A stretch of 64,000 bases of DNA from an uncultured virus (IMG/VR IMGVR_UViG_3300020471_001437) (IMGVR_UViG_3300020471_001437); one strand, 5' to 3'; shown: positions 1 through 9,384, numbered from the stretch's first letter. Translations and numbers: made by a program. The notes: generated from the letters alone by a model not told the origin.

Positions 1-3
1 TGG

Positions 4-825
4 TTGGGAATGCCCAACCCAAAATGGCGACAGATTCGATATTTCGTGTGGGACGATAGAGAGGAGAGATTCATTGTGAAGAAGCATGACAGGAGCATCC
101 GTAACAAGACGCAACTGCTCAAACTGCTTCGACGCGAGGCTCCTCATCACGTATACTACACAACCTCGCAGTTCCGCAATCCAGCGGAAGTGGGGCCTGA
201 CCCGTGGTCTAAATCGGGTCGGGACAAGTACATCAAGAAGAATGCAAAACGACTTGCTCTGAAAGAGGGCAGACGAGACAAAGAGAGAGTCAAACAATTG
301 ATGACTCCTGTCTCTGATTGGTCGGACTACGGTAATGCGTTCATTCAACAAGAGATGTACTTCGACGTTGACTATGAGATGGAGACCTTCCAAGAATCAG
401 CAAGGGAAACTTTGCGCTTGGCAGAGTTCTATGATACTCTCAACTTCAACGGTTGTGAGAAGGACATACACTTTGTCTTCTCGGGTGGTAAAGGATTCCA
501 CATGGTAGATTACGGCTTCAATGTCGGAAAGGCCTATGGAGACAACTACTCATTTCGCATTGGAGAAATCATTGCGAAAGAGAAAGAAAAAAGTGGAAAG
601 TTCAAGGGTGTCGCATATGCGGCTATGATGTTGAGTCGACAAATGAAAAAGCGACTCATCAAACGCATCCGAAAGGAAGGCATCCTACTCGACTACGAGG
701 TAACAGTAGACCCGCGCCGTATCATTCGGTTGCCGGGAACTATACACGGAAAGAGAGGACGTGTCTGCCGAATTATCAGCAGAGACGAACTACACGATTT
801 CGACCCCGGACCAACTCTTTGGTAG
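4..825 (+). CDS. Archaeo-eukaryotic primase catalytic subunit (PriS-like), probably 5'-truncated by the window edge
   Basis: AEP motifs HVYYTTS, YFDVD (DxD), FSGGKGFH and DYEVTVDPRRIIRLPGTIHGK. Confidence 0.8.
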   Translation: MGMPNPKWRQIRYFVWDDREERFIVKKHDRSIRNKTQLLKLLRREAPHHVYYTTSQFRNPAEVGPDPWSKSGRDKYIKKNAKRLALKEGRRDKERVKQLMTPVSDWSDYGNAFIQQEMYFDVDYEMETFQESARETLRLAEFYDTLNFNGCEKDIHFVFSGGKGFHMVDYGFNVGKAYGDNYSFRIGEIIAKEKEKSGKFKGVAYAAMMLSRQMKKRLIKRIRKEGILLDYEVTVDPRRIIRLPGTIHGKRGRVCRIISRDELHDFDPGPTLW

Positions 826-836
826 GTGGGTCATAG

Positions 837-1688
837 ATGCCAAATTGGTGTATGAATAGTCTCACCGTTTACGGTGACAAAGATGAACTTGAGAAGTTCA
901 TCAAGGATGCCAAAGGGAAAGGAGAAGACAAAGGACGAGCATTCAGTATGCAATCCTTGTTACCTTGCCCTAAATCTCTGACAGAAACGTCGGCCTCGTT
1001 TTGGGATAAAGACCAACCAAAACAATGGCGAGAATTCGTAGACGACCCTGAAAACTCTGCATGGACTGAAGAGGTCTACGCAGAAAGGGTTGCACGACAC
1101 GAAAAAGAAGGCATTCTTTACAAGAAAAACATGAAGGAGCATGGATATGCTTCTTGGTATGAATGGCAAATTGCGAATTGGGGAACGAAGTGGGATGTAG
1201 ACCTTTGGCACGAAGAAGGCTGGAAGTTTACCGACTACTATTCCCCTCCTTTTTTTGAAGCGCACCTTGAGATGATTGAATCTCAAGGCTCGGGTGAACA
1301 TTTTGATATTGGGAAACATTTCCACGCGTACAGTATTAGTTACAATACTGCGTGGTCACCCAATGAAGAGTTCTTGACCACTATCAGCAAAAACTACCCC
1401 AACCTTCGGTTCAGACACACGTTTGGCGAAGGTGGTTGTGACTTTGCTGGTGACAACTTGGTAAAGAACGGAGATAGCACAATAATTGTAACAGGACGTT
1501 ACAACGATTGGGCTGTACACTTGGGCTTTGAAGAATTGGATATATGGGTAGACGACTATGGGCACGAACCGCCCCCTGACGTCAACACACTCATTACTTC
1601 GCCACCTCAACTGTCACCATCAACAAACCCTTTCCTTGAAATGCTCTTAGGGGCATTACAAGGAAACATTACTGACAGTGAGGAATAA
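837..1688 (+). CDS. DUF1281/YubB ferredoxin-like family protein
   Basis: N-terminal MPNWCxN, WYEWQIANWGTKWD and YNTAWSP signatures. Confidence 0.75.
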   Translation: MPNWCMNSLTVYGDKDELEKFIKDAKGKGEDKGRAFSMQSLLPCPKSLTETSASFWDKDQPKQWREFVDDPENSAWTEEVYAERVARHEKEGILYKKNMKEHGYASWYEWQIANWGTKWDVDLWHEEGWKFTDYYSPPFFEAHLEMIESQGSGEHFDIGKHFHAYSISYNTAWSPNEEFLTTISKNYPNLRFRHTFGEGGCDFAGDNLVKNGDSTIIVTGRYNDWAVHLGFEELDIWVDDYGHEPPPDVNTLITSPPQLSPSTNPFLEMLLGALQGNITDSEE

Positions 1689-1741
1689 CGACACATCTGT
1701 GTCATAGAATCATTTATGTCTGCTTTTTACCTCGGAGTTAC

Positions 1742-2047
1742 ATGGTAAGAGCCACCGACATTAAGTACAAACCACTCGGCCCATTAGCAGGGATGATTGG
1801 AAGCAAAGCAAGAACAAGAGGACAAATCGTCAAAGCACTTTGGGCTTTCATTAAGAAAGAAGGCCTTCAGGGTGAAAGCGGTACCGGCAAGAAAATCAAA
1901 GTATCTTCCGGTAAGATGGAATCTTTGGGTAGAGTAATCTATGCTGAAGAGGACGACGATATGTATGAAATGGTTGGCAGAAAGAAACTTGTCACCATGT
2001 TCGAGATGAACAAGCGTATGGAAAAATACCTTGAACGTCAGAACTGA
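1742..2047 (+). CDS. Stand-alone SWIB/MDM2-domain protein
   Basis: LAGMIG...TRGQIVKALWAFIKKEGLQ...VTMFEMNKRMEKYL matches the SWIB consensus. Confidence 0.85.
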   Translation: MVRATDIKYKPLGPLAGMIGSKARTRGQIVKALWAFIKKEGLQGESGTGKKIKVSSGKMESLGRVIYAEEDDDMYEMVGRKKLVTMFEMNKRMEKYLERQN

Positions 2048-2053
2048 TTCATA

Positions 2054-2100
2054 GAACCAAATCAATCAAAACGACATTATCCAAGAATGGTGTATGGTTC
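2054..2100 (+). ncRNA. tigRNA-like stem-loop unit B1
   Basis: GAACC-AAATCA-[ATCAAAACG]-ACATTATCCA-[AGAATGGTG]-TAT-GGTTC; loop is 10 nt rather than 7. Confidence 0.75.
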
Positions 2101-2104
2101 ACAG

Positions 2105-2467
2105 ATGTCAGTCAAGACACTCGAGTTTCTCTCGACAAGGAGAGGAAAAGACGAGTTTGGTAGATTACCTCACTCGGAGTTGACCAACAGTGGCGAACTG
2201 TTGACGAGTTACGCGCTGAATGGCGACTTCTCGATTATTGAACAGATGAGCAGAGACTTCGTAACCGAACTATACGCTTCGGAAAACGAACCGTTTCATC
2301 TGCGAATATACAACACAGGAGTAGGCTATGCCCTATTCCACCTTATCCGTGCTTGGAATCAATGGCATGAAACATCATACAACGTGCACAACACGATGAG
2401 TTTGATGTTCTATGACAGAACATTAGGACAGTGGGTTGAACACCCATGGTACGGAACACGGCCTTGA
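2105..2467 (+). CDS. Hypothetical protein
   Basis: ORF; start moved from 2087 to the ATG directly after the ACAG junction. Confidence 0.65.
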   Translation: MSVKTLEFLSTRRGKDEFGRLPHSELTNSGELLTSYALNGDFSIIEQMSRDFVTELYASENEPFHLRIYNTGVGYALFHLIRAWNQWHETSYNVHNTMSLMFYDRTLGQWVEHPWYGTRP

Positions 2468-2475
2468 GGGCCATA

Positions 2476-2517
2476 GAGCAAAACAATGTCGACATATTGC
2501 ACGGTGATGGAATGCTC
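2476..2517 (+). ncRNA. tigRNA-like stem-loop unit A1
   Basis: GAGCA-AAACA-[ATGTCGACA]-TATTGCA-[CGGTGATGG]-AA-TGCTC. Confidence 0.8.
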
Positions 2518-2520
2518 ATA

Positions 2521-2564
2521 GAACCGAATCAGTAAGTTCGCATTACAAGGCGTTTGTATGGTTC
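2521..2564 (+). ncRNA. tigRNA-like stem-loop unit B2
   Basis: GAACC-GAATCA-[GTAAGTTCG]-CATTACA-[AGGCGTTTG]-TAT-GGTTC. Confidence 0.8.
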
Positions 2565-2568
2565 ATAG

Positions 2569-3018
2569 ATGTACGACGTGTACACCGACGGTGCATGTCT
2601 AAACAACGGTAGCCCCAATGCACGGGGTGGTATGGGAATTTACAGCAAGGAACTTGAGATTGAGAAATCATCAGTATGGACCTTGACTAATCCGCCTACC
2701 AATCAAAAGACAGAGATGATGGCAGTTGCTATTGCTCTTTCAATGACAAAAGACGTTAACGGACATGTACGCATCCTCTCTGACTCTGAATATGTTGTGA
2801 GGGGATTGAATGAATGGATGGAAGGTTGGAAACTACGAGAGTGGCGAACCTCCAAAGGACGGGAAGTGAAAAACCGTTGGCTTTGGGAACTTCTTGATTC
2901 ACTCAACCAAGAAAGAGATTGTTCCTTCGTACATGTACGAGGGCACGTTGGGATAGAAGGAAACGAGAAAGCAGACGAACTTGCTAATCGTGCGGCCTTC
3001 AGTGTCCCAAAAGAGTAA
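2569..3018 (+). CDS. rnhA: Ribonuclease HI
   Basis: VYTDGACLNNG, TNQKTE, SDSEYV, VKNRWLW, HVRGHVGIEGNEKADELA. Confidence 0.95.
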   Translation: MYDVYTDGACLNNGSPNARGGMGIYSKELEIEKSSVWTLTNPPTNQKTEMMAVAIALSMTKDVNGHVRILSDSEYVVRGLNEWMEGWKLREWRTSKGREVKNRWLWELLDSLNQERDCSFVHVRGHVGIEGNEKADELANRAAFSVPKE

Positions 3019-3068
3019 GAAACGTGAATCAATGTTTAACAATCATTATACGCCCCCTACGGGCATAG

Positions 3069-3419
3069 ATGTCAGCAATGGCAAGAGGAGGAGACGACAA
3101 GGGCGATGCTATGATTGAATCATACAAGGAACTTGTCTCTTTCGCATCGGAAGGTATAGAAGAATACCTTGCGGTAGTGGCTGAACTTCAAGACGCAAGC
3201 ATTGTCCTCGGTCAAATTGGCAAAGACACGCCAATAGACGCCGAGCAATGGGCGGCAAACTTGACAGCGAAAATTACGGAAACGATGGCAGAAGATGGAG
3301 TGGTGCCACACTACTACATTTCTGCTTTGATTTATTCCTTGCACCAAATGGGGCAAGCGTTTCTCTTCGACGGTCTCGAAGGAGCCGTAAGAAGTAAATT
3401 CGTGGAGGATAATATCTGA
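3069..3419 (+). CDS. Hypothetical protein
   Basis: ORF starting at a junction motif. Confidence 0.65.
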   Translation: MSAMARGGDDKGDAMIESYKELVSFASEGIEEYLAVVAELQDASIVLGQIGKDTPIDAEQWAANLTAKITETMAEDGVVPHYYISALIYSLHQMGQAFLFDGLEGAVRSKFVEDNI

Positions 3420-3724
3420 TGCCACTCGAAGGTGAAACCTTAGAAGAGTTCTATACGGCCATGGAGGCCATTTCAGAATTCGCTTGCGGTATACTTGACG
3501 GAAGTATAGGCAACATCGCGGGACCTACAAGTGAAGGACACTTTGGACATGACCATACGGTCATGCAAGTGCTACCTGAAAATCACCCGCATGTAACTAT
3601 TTACTTCATCAGTGAAGTAGACACCGGAAGGTTGGTTGGATGTAAAGTCCATCACCGAGACTACGAATTGCCTTGTTTGGAGATACCTCCACCAACGGCA
3701 ATGATGTTAGATAACGACGCATAG
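3419..3724 (+). CDS. Hypothetical protein
   Basis: Coupled to upstream gene by TGATG overlap; ends in a junction hairpin. Confidence 0.6.
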   Translation: MPLEGETLEEFYTAMEAISEFACGILDGSIGNIAGPTSEGHFGHDHTVMQVLPENHPHVTIYFISEVDTGRLVGCKVHHRDYELPCLEIPPPTAMMLDNDA

Positions 3725-3733
3725 GCGTCATAG

Positions 3734-4351
3734 ATGGCTGACTACGAAGTCAAACGATGGAATTCGAACTGCGGGGAATGGACGGCATATGTCACCCCCT
3801 CGCAAGATGAAGAATCACCAAAGCATTGGTATCAGGGCGATACCGATGTCCTTTTTGTAACTGCTGAAAATGATGGCAGATTTGGGTATACCGCGGCGAT
3901 ATTTGACGAGGTGTACCCAGCAGTTGGTAACAGTTGGCAAGACCTTCTTGACCACGTTATCGACGACCTTGAATACAACAACGTAATTGCTCCGCCGGTC
4001 TGTAAACCGCTATGGATTCACGACCACGGAGGAATTGTGGCGTTCCACACAGGAGGGAGCACCTGCCAATGGGACTCCTATCAGTGCGGATGGGTAATCG
4101 GGAAACCGGGCATCCAAGAAAGTCAAGTTGATTCAAGAGTAAAAGAAATGGAAATGTATCTAACGGGTCAGGTGTACGGAGTAATCGTACTCAAGAAAAC
4201 AGACGAAGGAGAATGGGAGTCAGTTGACTCCTGTTGGAGCATCTATGATGATGGAACCAACGACTATGGACACTGCTTTTCAGTAGCAGTAGACTTAGGC
4301 TTTCCTTTTTCTAACGACTCGGAAGAAACAATTCCGAAAGAAGACGCATGA
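3734..4351 (+). CDS. Hypothetical viral protein
   Basis: ORF starting at a junction motif; HDHGG...WDS..G and YLTGQVYG...DSCW motifs. Confidence 0.7.
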   Translation: MADYEVKRWNSNCGEWTAYVTPSQDEESPKHWYQGDTDVLFVTAENDGRFGYTAAIFDEVYPAVGNSWQDLLDHVIDDLEYNNVIAPPVCKPLWIHDHGGIVAFHTGGSTCQWDSYQCGWVIGKPGIQESQVDSRVKEMEMYLTGQVYGVIVLKKTDEGEWESVDSCWSIYDDGTNDYGHCFSVAVDLGFPFSNDSEETIPKEDA

Positions 4352-4360
4352 GCGTCATAG

Positions 4361-5392
4361 ATGGTACAAGATGTACAATTGTTCGATGAGGCTGACCTCA
4401 TCGTTAAGATGACCAAGGATTTGAAATCTGCGGCATCTACTCTCAAGAAGCCGGAAGTTAGGTTTCTTGTAGACGCATACTATCGTATGCAGGAGCAAAG
4501 AATCCGGTTCGCACACCAAATGCGGACAATGAAGGAATTCGGTGAGCCAAACGAGTTGTTGGATTGGATGTTTAATCAATCCAGCACACTTGAAAAGCAG
4601 GTTGCTGGTGCGCTTGATGCGTACTCAAGGAGCAACATTGTAGGGGATTGGCTTAGGTCTGTCCCGGGAATTGGGCCTGTCCTTGCGGCAGGTTTGATGG
4701 CACACCTAACCACTGCTCCATGGCGTTGCAGAAACGTCGCTTTGAAGGGCAAAAGGAACACCCCTTGTACAGAAGAAATGGGGCCCTGCACAGACAACTG
4801 TGGGGTCGAAGACATTCTGTATGCGGGACAATGGCACTCGTTTGCGGGACTAAACCCAAACGTTGTGTGGAACACAAAGGAACGTCGACCGTGGAACACA
4901 CCACTGAAGACGCTATGCTTCAAGATTGGAGAGTCCTTTGTTAAGATTCAAAGCCACAAAGATGATTTCTACGGAGGCGTATTCGTTGAACGAAAGAACG
5001 CCGAGTGGGAACGAAACTTCAACGGAGATAATGCCAATGCTTGTGAAAAGAAATTGGCAACAAGACTTGGTAAGTCAACCAACGCGTACAAATGGTACTC
5101 GGGTCAAATCGACGCCGAGTGGGCGCGTTCAATGTGGGAAAGTGGAAACTCGTTCCCGCAGACGATACCAAAGAAGGCAATTGTTGGAGAAGGAAAGGGC
5201 ACACCGATGCTTCCTCCTGCTCACATACACGCGCGAGCACGCAGGTACACAGTCAAACTGTTCCTGTATCACTTGCACGAAGTGATGTGGATTGTGGAAA
5301 GGAGCACTAACCCACCTCAACAAACCTTCTTCGCGGAAAGCGAGACCCGTATACCGGTTCCGATTTTCCCGAACTCTCCACAATGGAGTTAA
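4361..5392 (+). CDS. Nuclease-less Nop/IS110-C-terminal-domain RNA-binding protein (TasA-like)
   Basis: Coiled coil (LVDAYYRMQEQRIR...LEKQV), LRSVPGIGPVLAAGL, WHSFAGLNP...WNTPLKTLCFKIGESF and HARARRYTVKLFL. It has no N-terminal DEDD/RuvC domain and no IS110 catalytic SG after AGLxP, and it is surrounded by dual-spacer stem-loops. Confidence 0.8.
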   Translation: MVQDVQLFDEADLIVKMTKDLKSAASTLKKPEVRFLVDAYYRMQEQRIRFAHQMRTMKEFGEPNELLDWMFNQSSTLEKQVAGALDAYSRSNIVGDWLRSVPGIGPVLAAGLMAHLTTAPWRCRNVALKGKRNTPCTEEMGPCTDNCGVEDILYAGQWHSFAGLNPNVVWNTKERRPWNTPLKTLCFKIGESFVKIQSHKDDFYGGVFVERKNAEWERNFNGDNANACEKKLATRLGKSTNAYKWYSGQIDAEWARSMWESGNSFPQTIPKKAIVGEGKGTPMLPPAHIHARARRYTVKLFLYHLHEVMWIVERSTNPPQQTFFAESETRIPVPIFPNSPQWS

Positions 5393-5409
5393 CGGCCTAT
5401 ACGGCCATA

Positions 5410-5451
5410 GAGCAAAACAAACCGAGGGTATTGCACAATTCCGGTATGCTC
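5410..5451 (+). ncRNA. tigRNA-like stem-loop unit A2
   Basis: GAGCA-AAACA-[AACCGAGGG]-TATTGCA-[CAATTCCGG]-TA-TGCTC. Confidence 0.8.
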
Positions 5452-5454
5452 GTA

Positions 5455-5498
5455 GAACCGAATCACTAACTAAGAATTGCATTGTAACTAAATGGTTC
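5455..5498 (+). ncRNA. tigRNA-like stem-loop unit B3
   Basis: GAACC-GAATCA-[CTAACTAAG]-AATTGCA-[TTGTAACTA]-AAT-GGTTC. Confidence 0.8.
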
Positions 5499-5502
5499 AC
5501 AG

Positions 5503-5763
5503 ATGGATATTCACTGTGATAGAGTGACATACCAAGACAAGAAAACCGCCAAGAAAAGTGCAAGAGCACTAAAGGCGATGTCTATGGGAATGTATGGTAG
5601 TGTCAAAACGTACACACCGTACAAATGCAAAGAGTGTGGTCAATGGCACCTCACTACCGGCACGTCTGATAAACAGGCCCGGAGCAAAAAACAGCACGCT
5701 CGCGGTGGACGCAAGAACTTCAGAAAGAAGTCAACGCGTTCTCGAAAGAGCAGGCGTCGGTGA
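5503..5763 (+). CDS. Small basic zinc-finger protein
   Basis: YKCKECGQWHLT motif; Arg/Lys-rich tail. Confidence 0.7.
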   Translation: MDIHCDRVTYQDKKTAKKSARALKAMSMGMYGSVKTYTPYKCKECGQWHLTTGTSDKQARSKKQHARGGRKNFRKKSTRSRKSRRR

Positions 5764-5775
5764 GAAATCACCATA

Positions 5776-5817
5776 GAGCAAAACAAAGGAGATGAATCGC
5801 AAGCGTTCCGAATGCTC
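5776..5817 (+). ncRNA. tigRNA-like stem-loop unit A3
   Basis: GAGCA-AAACA-[AAGGAGATG]-AATCGCA-[AGCGTTCCG]-AA-TGCTC. Confidence 0.8.
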
Positions 5818-5820
5818 ATA

Positions 5821-5864
5821 GAACCGAACCAATATAGTGGTATTGCAATCTAAAAAAGAGGTTC
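5821..5864 (+). ncRNA. tigRNA-like stem-loop unit B4
   Basis: GAACC-GAACCA-[ATATAGTGG]-TATTGCA-[ATCTAAAAA]-AGA-GGTTC. Confidence 0.8.
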
Positions 5865-5868
5865 ACAG

Positions 5869-6225
5869 ATGGATGATAACAATACTATCCTACGTCTGCT
5901 CAGAAACGGCCCGTTCTCGAAAGGTTATCCTTTCGAAAAAGCCGTCAAAGCAAGACTTGACCTTGGCCGAGAACGATACGGCCACGGTATTCGTGTCGAA
6001 GACGACACAACCCAATGGGGAACAAAGACAGACTCTTGGCTCGAAATGGGCTTAGAAGAAGTCGACGACTTGGCGATTTACATCGCGGCGCAATTTGCAA
6101 GATATGTGGATTGGTGGGAACACGGACTTAGAACCGGCGTTCCTGCGACCGAGTATGGTGAAATCATGAACACTCTTACAAAATTGAGAACGCTTATCGT
6201 TGACCTCATGAAAAACCACGGGTGA
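5869..6225 (+). CDS. Possible MazG-like all-alpha NTP pyrophosphohydrolase
   Basis: GRERYG...WLEMGLEEVDDLAIY acidic helix pattern. Confidence 0.5.
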   Translation: MDDNNTILRLLRNGPFSKGYPFEKAVKARLDLGRERYGHGIRVEDDTTQWGTKTDSWLEMGLEEVDDLAIYIAAQFARYVDWWEHGLRTGVPATEYGEIMNTLTKLRTLIVDLMKNHG

Positions 6226-6266
6226 ATAACCCATAGATTGATGTATCAAACCCCATAGGCGGGTGT

Positions 6267-6479
6267 ATGGGCCGATTCACTACTCAAGCAATCAAGATAT
6301 TGCATGAGCAAGGTAGGCCCATGAACATACATGAAATTCATTCAGAGATGCGAATGAGATGGAGAAATACTCCGAACACTCGCTCTCTTGCAAAGGCACT
6401 GATGAAAAACAGTGAGGTTACAAGAATTGGTATAGACACGCCCTCGGTTTGGGCTGTCCGCCAACCTCTTAACCGATAA
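6267..6479 (+). CDS. Small winged-helix DNA-binding protein
   Basis: ILHEQGRPMNIHEI...TRSLAKAL...SVW wHTH-like pattern. Confidence 0.55.
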   Translation: MGRFTTQAIKILHEQGRPMNIHEIHSEMRMRWRNTPNTRSLAKALMKNSEVTRIGIDTPSVWAVRQPLNR

Positions 6480-6506
6480 GTCGTCGCCGACAAAAAGGGG
6501 ACACAG

Positions 6507-6749
6507 ATGATGCGACTACAAACGCATAAAGAACCGACGTATGACCGTACGTGGGATGAGATTGAGGAAATGCTCAATCAAGCGATACATGAGAGAAACT
6601 CATGGATTACTCGCTACGAGAAGGCAAGTGTTCGAAAAGACCGTCAGGTTATGAAGGACGCCGCTCGTAATTGTAAAGCACTTGAAGGAGTCATCAAGAC
6701 CCTAAAGTGGACAATCGGTACCCCCGGTATCGAAGACCCGCTCTCTTGA
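6507..6749 (+). CDS. Hypothetical helical protein
   Basis: ORF starting directly after CACAG and ending in a junction hairpin. Confidence 0.7.
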   Translation: MMRLQTHKEPTYDRTWDEIEEMLNQAIHERNSWITRYEKASVRKDRQVMKDAARNCKALEGVIKTLKWTIGTPGIEDPLS

Positions 6750-6758
6750 AAGAGCATA

Positions 6759-6802
6759 GAACCGAAACAAGGGCAAAGAATTGCATTGTCCATGAAAGGT
6801 TC
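6759..6802 (+). ncRNA. tigRNA-like stem-loop unit B5
   Basis: GAACC-GAAACA-[AGGGCAAAG]-AATTGCA-[TTGTCCATG]-AAA-GGTTC. Confidence 0.8.
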
Positions 6803-6806
6803 ACAG

Positions 6807-7226
6807 ATGGCATTAGTATGTCCGGATTGCGGCCAAGAGGCCGCTTATGCTCGGGTCCCTATTTACGTGGACCCGGACAATACGAGTGAGGACGCGCTTG
6901 CAGAAGCCGTTTCTGACATCGTTGGTGCAACTGCGGAAGATTTTGACGATTACGTCAACGTAGTATGCGCGGAGTGTGAAGCGGAAGTTCCGTTCAGACT
7001 TGCCTTCGCGGCAACCGTAAGAACACGCGCACACCGCAATTCAGAAGAGGAGGCAATGGCTTACCGTCATGCGTTGGCAGGAATCGTTCATTTCTTTGGA
7101 CGCTTACCAATGACAGACAGAAGCACTTGGACAGAAGAACAGACAGAGTGTTACGATGCTACTGTCAGGTTGTTCTCTGCTCTCGATGAAGCAGACACCT
7201 CTGAAGAATCTTCGGAAGAAGAGTGA
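6807..7226 (+). CDS. Zinc-ribbon protein
   Basis: CPDC...CAEC; start moved to the ATG after ACAG. Confidence 0.65.
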   Translation: MALVCPDCGQEAAYARVPIYVDPDNTSEDALAEAVSDIVGATAEDFDDYVNVVCAECEAEVPFRLAFAATVRTRAHRNSEEEAMAYRHALAGIVHFFGRLPMTDRSTWTEEQTECYDATVRLFSALDEADTSEESSEEE

Positions 7227-7244
7227 CGGCCGAAAGGCCATAGA

Positions 7245-8003
7245 ATGGGATTTCTCATACACACAAAGGAACACCCCGAATACCGAATACATTTCAGTAT
7301 GTGGGAATGGGGTAGATTCTTGGACCTAATTTTGTGGTCCAATGACCTTATCACTCTTGACGAGTTGAAAGAAAGTTTGACTAAGAGCAATCTTAGAGAG
7401 TCAAACGCCAAAGCAGAACAACTTGGAATCAAACCAACTGATTTCGATTTGGATGAATGGACAGAAAAAGTCAGAGTAGAAAAAGGAGACACCAAACAGC
7501 ACAAGAGCATTATCAATGTTCACGCTACGCCGGATGCTACCGGTAGGAACATATACGAAGGAGTTTCACAAACAATACCTTCGGATGTCGATTTTGGAAA
7601 AGAAGCCATAGATGCTATGGTTCGAACGGCGGCGATTAGTCTGTCGGTATTCCAAGAACTTGAAGATAAAATGTTCTACAACAAAGACAAATTGGGACAT
7701 CTGTACGGTATACAGGGGAACGATTTCGACTTTACAAGAAAGGGCTGTTGGGAAATATACAACACAATAACGTCACTGATTACAGGTGACATTGACTTCT
7801 TGGACATGATGGAAAAGTCGGGTATGCCCCCTCTTACGGACAGACCCAAGAAGCGAAGAAAATCAAAACAAAATGAATTCTTGGAGGCTGATGATAGCAT
7901 CGTGGGAGAATACCTCCACATGGAGATGCTTGGAAAGATGGCACGACTGAATGGTATCGTAATCAACGGTATCTGCGCCGACCAACAAGTCATTGTGAGA
8001 TAA
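7245..8003 (+). CDS. Hypothetical protein
   Basis: 252 aa ORF bounded by junction motifs. Confidence 0.7.
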   Translation: MGFLIHTKEHPEYRIHFSMWEWGRFLDLILWSNDLITLDELKESLTKSNLRESNAKAEQLGIKPTDFDLDEWTEKVRVEKGDTKQHKSIINVHATPDATGRNIYEGVSQTIPSDVDFGKEAIDAMVRTAAISLSVFQELEDKMFYNKDKLGHLYGIQGNDFDFTRKGCWEIYNTITSLITGDIDFLDMMEKSGMPPLTDRPKKRRKSKQNEFLEADDSIVGEYLHMEMLGKMARLNGIVINGICADQQVIVR

Positions 8004-8020
8004 CGGCCTTATGGCCATAG

Positions 8021-9070
8021 ATGACGTCATGGGATTATGACGGTGCGTTAGATTATCTACGCAAAGGACGTGACCCTTATGGAAAGGGGCGTCCTATGGG
8101 CAAGGCTACGAGACTTCAGTATCGCGGTCAGGTTGAAAATGGATATGAGTGCATTGCACTCCGCTATTGGCAAACTGATGTGGTACGATGGTATCGTTCC
8201 ATTGCCAACAAATCAAACAAATGGTACTCTATCGACGCACAGTATGATAGTAGAACCACCAACGATAGAATACAAGCCTACACAGGCTTGTGGACTTCGC
8301 CTTGTAAAGCAACAGGAAAGAGAGTTATCCAACAATGGCGTTGGGACTACGACACCTGTGAGCAGACAGGGAGTAAGAGCAATTGGAGAGAAGTAGTTGT
8401 TGAAGGAAGTGAAATTCCTTTGATTGCTGACCATCAAACGTGGTTCCGTAAAGACGGACATGTTAGACACTTGAAGCGGTGCCAAGACAGGTACCGTAGA
8501 GAGATGGGTGAGTACAATGTTCGGAAAAACAACCGACGAATAGACTACGAAGAAAAACTCCTCAAAGCAAGACAGGCCAACTTGAAAATACTCAGGGAAT
8601 GGTCTAACAGCAAACTTGTAAGGGCTTTGGACGGGATGAAATCCAAAAGTCTTGTTCAGGTTCAAAGAGAAATGGAAACCTTACATTTTCGTACACAGCG
8701 TGCGAAAGCAGAAGCAGAGAGAAGAGAAGTTCACTTTGCTGAATTAGAAGACAAAATCATTGTCGGCAAACGCTTGAAGAAAATGGAGCAAGAAATGAAA
8801 GCACGCGCTGAAGTCTTAAAAGTTGCAGAAACTTACCCTGAAATCAGGAAGGCGATGCACAAACTCAATCTTCAACTTGACAACCTTAGAGGAAAGGTAG
8901 ACCTCGCTGAAGATACTTATCGAATGCAAAAGGTGAGAGACAATCTTAGCCTCGAAAACATACGATTGCTAAAAGAAAAAGAAGCGTTGGAAAAAGAAGT
9001 TGGCTACTTACTTGCAAAAAAGGAAGGAGCCCAAGCAGACGAACATTCGTCTGTACTAAACCGTCTCTAA
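8021..9070 (+). CDS. Coiled-coil protein, paralog of 10433-11299
   Basis: C-terminal coiled coil ending SVLNRL, similar to DVLNRL in the paralog. Confidence 0.75.
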   Translation: MTSWDYDGALDYLRKGRDPYGKGRPMGKATRLQYRGQVENGYECIALRYWQTDVVRWYRSIANKSNKWYSIDAQYDSRTTNDRIQAYTGLWTSPCKATGKRVIQQWRWDYDTCEQTGSKSNWREVVVEGSEIPLIADHQTWFRKDGHVRHLKRCQDRYRREMGEYNVRKNNRRIDYEEKLLKARQANLKILREWSNSKLVRALDGMKSKSLVQVQREMETLHFRTQRAKAEAERREVHFAELEDKIIVGKRLKKMEQEMKARAEVLKVAETYPEIRKAMHKLNLQLDNLRGKVDLAEDTYRMQKVRDNLSLENIRLLKEKEALEKEVGYLLAKKEGAQADEHSSVLNRL

Positions 9071-9080
9071 AGAGACATAG

Positions 9081-9314
9081 ATGACTGATACAAGATTCAG
9101 CATACACAAGCCAAAGTCGTCAACAGAAAACAAGAACACCGACAGTGTCGAATGTGTTCTGTCTGTTAACGATGGAGTTGCCAGCATCAAGTGTGAAATG
9201 CTTGATGGGTTTAACGCCGAAATTAGGCTTGGTTACGACGGTTACAAGATAATCGTCGTCTTGATGGATTCCGAGGACTACATGGAATCATTGACTATTT
9301 ACAAGGGCGTATAA
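9081..9314 (+). CDS. Hypothetical protein
   Basis: ORF starting at a junction motif. Confidence 0.6.
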   Translation: MTDTRFSIHKPKSSTENKNTDSVECVLSVNDGVASIKCEMLDGFNAEIRLGYDGYKIIVVLMDSEDYMESLTIYKGV

Positions 9315-9337
9315 CGCTCGTCTCCAAGTGAGACATA

Positions 9338-9380
9338 GAACCGAACATAGATTATGTATTACAAAGCCGACGAATGGTTC
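9338..9380 (+). ncRNA. tigRNA-like stem-loop unit B6
   Basis: GAACC-GAACA-[TAGATTATG]-TATTACA-[AAGCCGACG]-AAT-GGTTC. Confidence 0.8.
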
Positions 9381-9384
9381 ACAG

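Noticed and set aside
4361..5392. Active IS110 insertion sequence with bridge RNA
   Set aside because: It lacks the DEDD/RuvC domain and catalytic serine motif, has no element ends, and is accompanied by many distinct short units rather than one bridge RNA.
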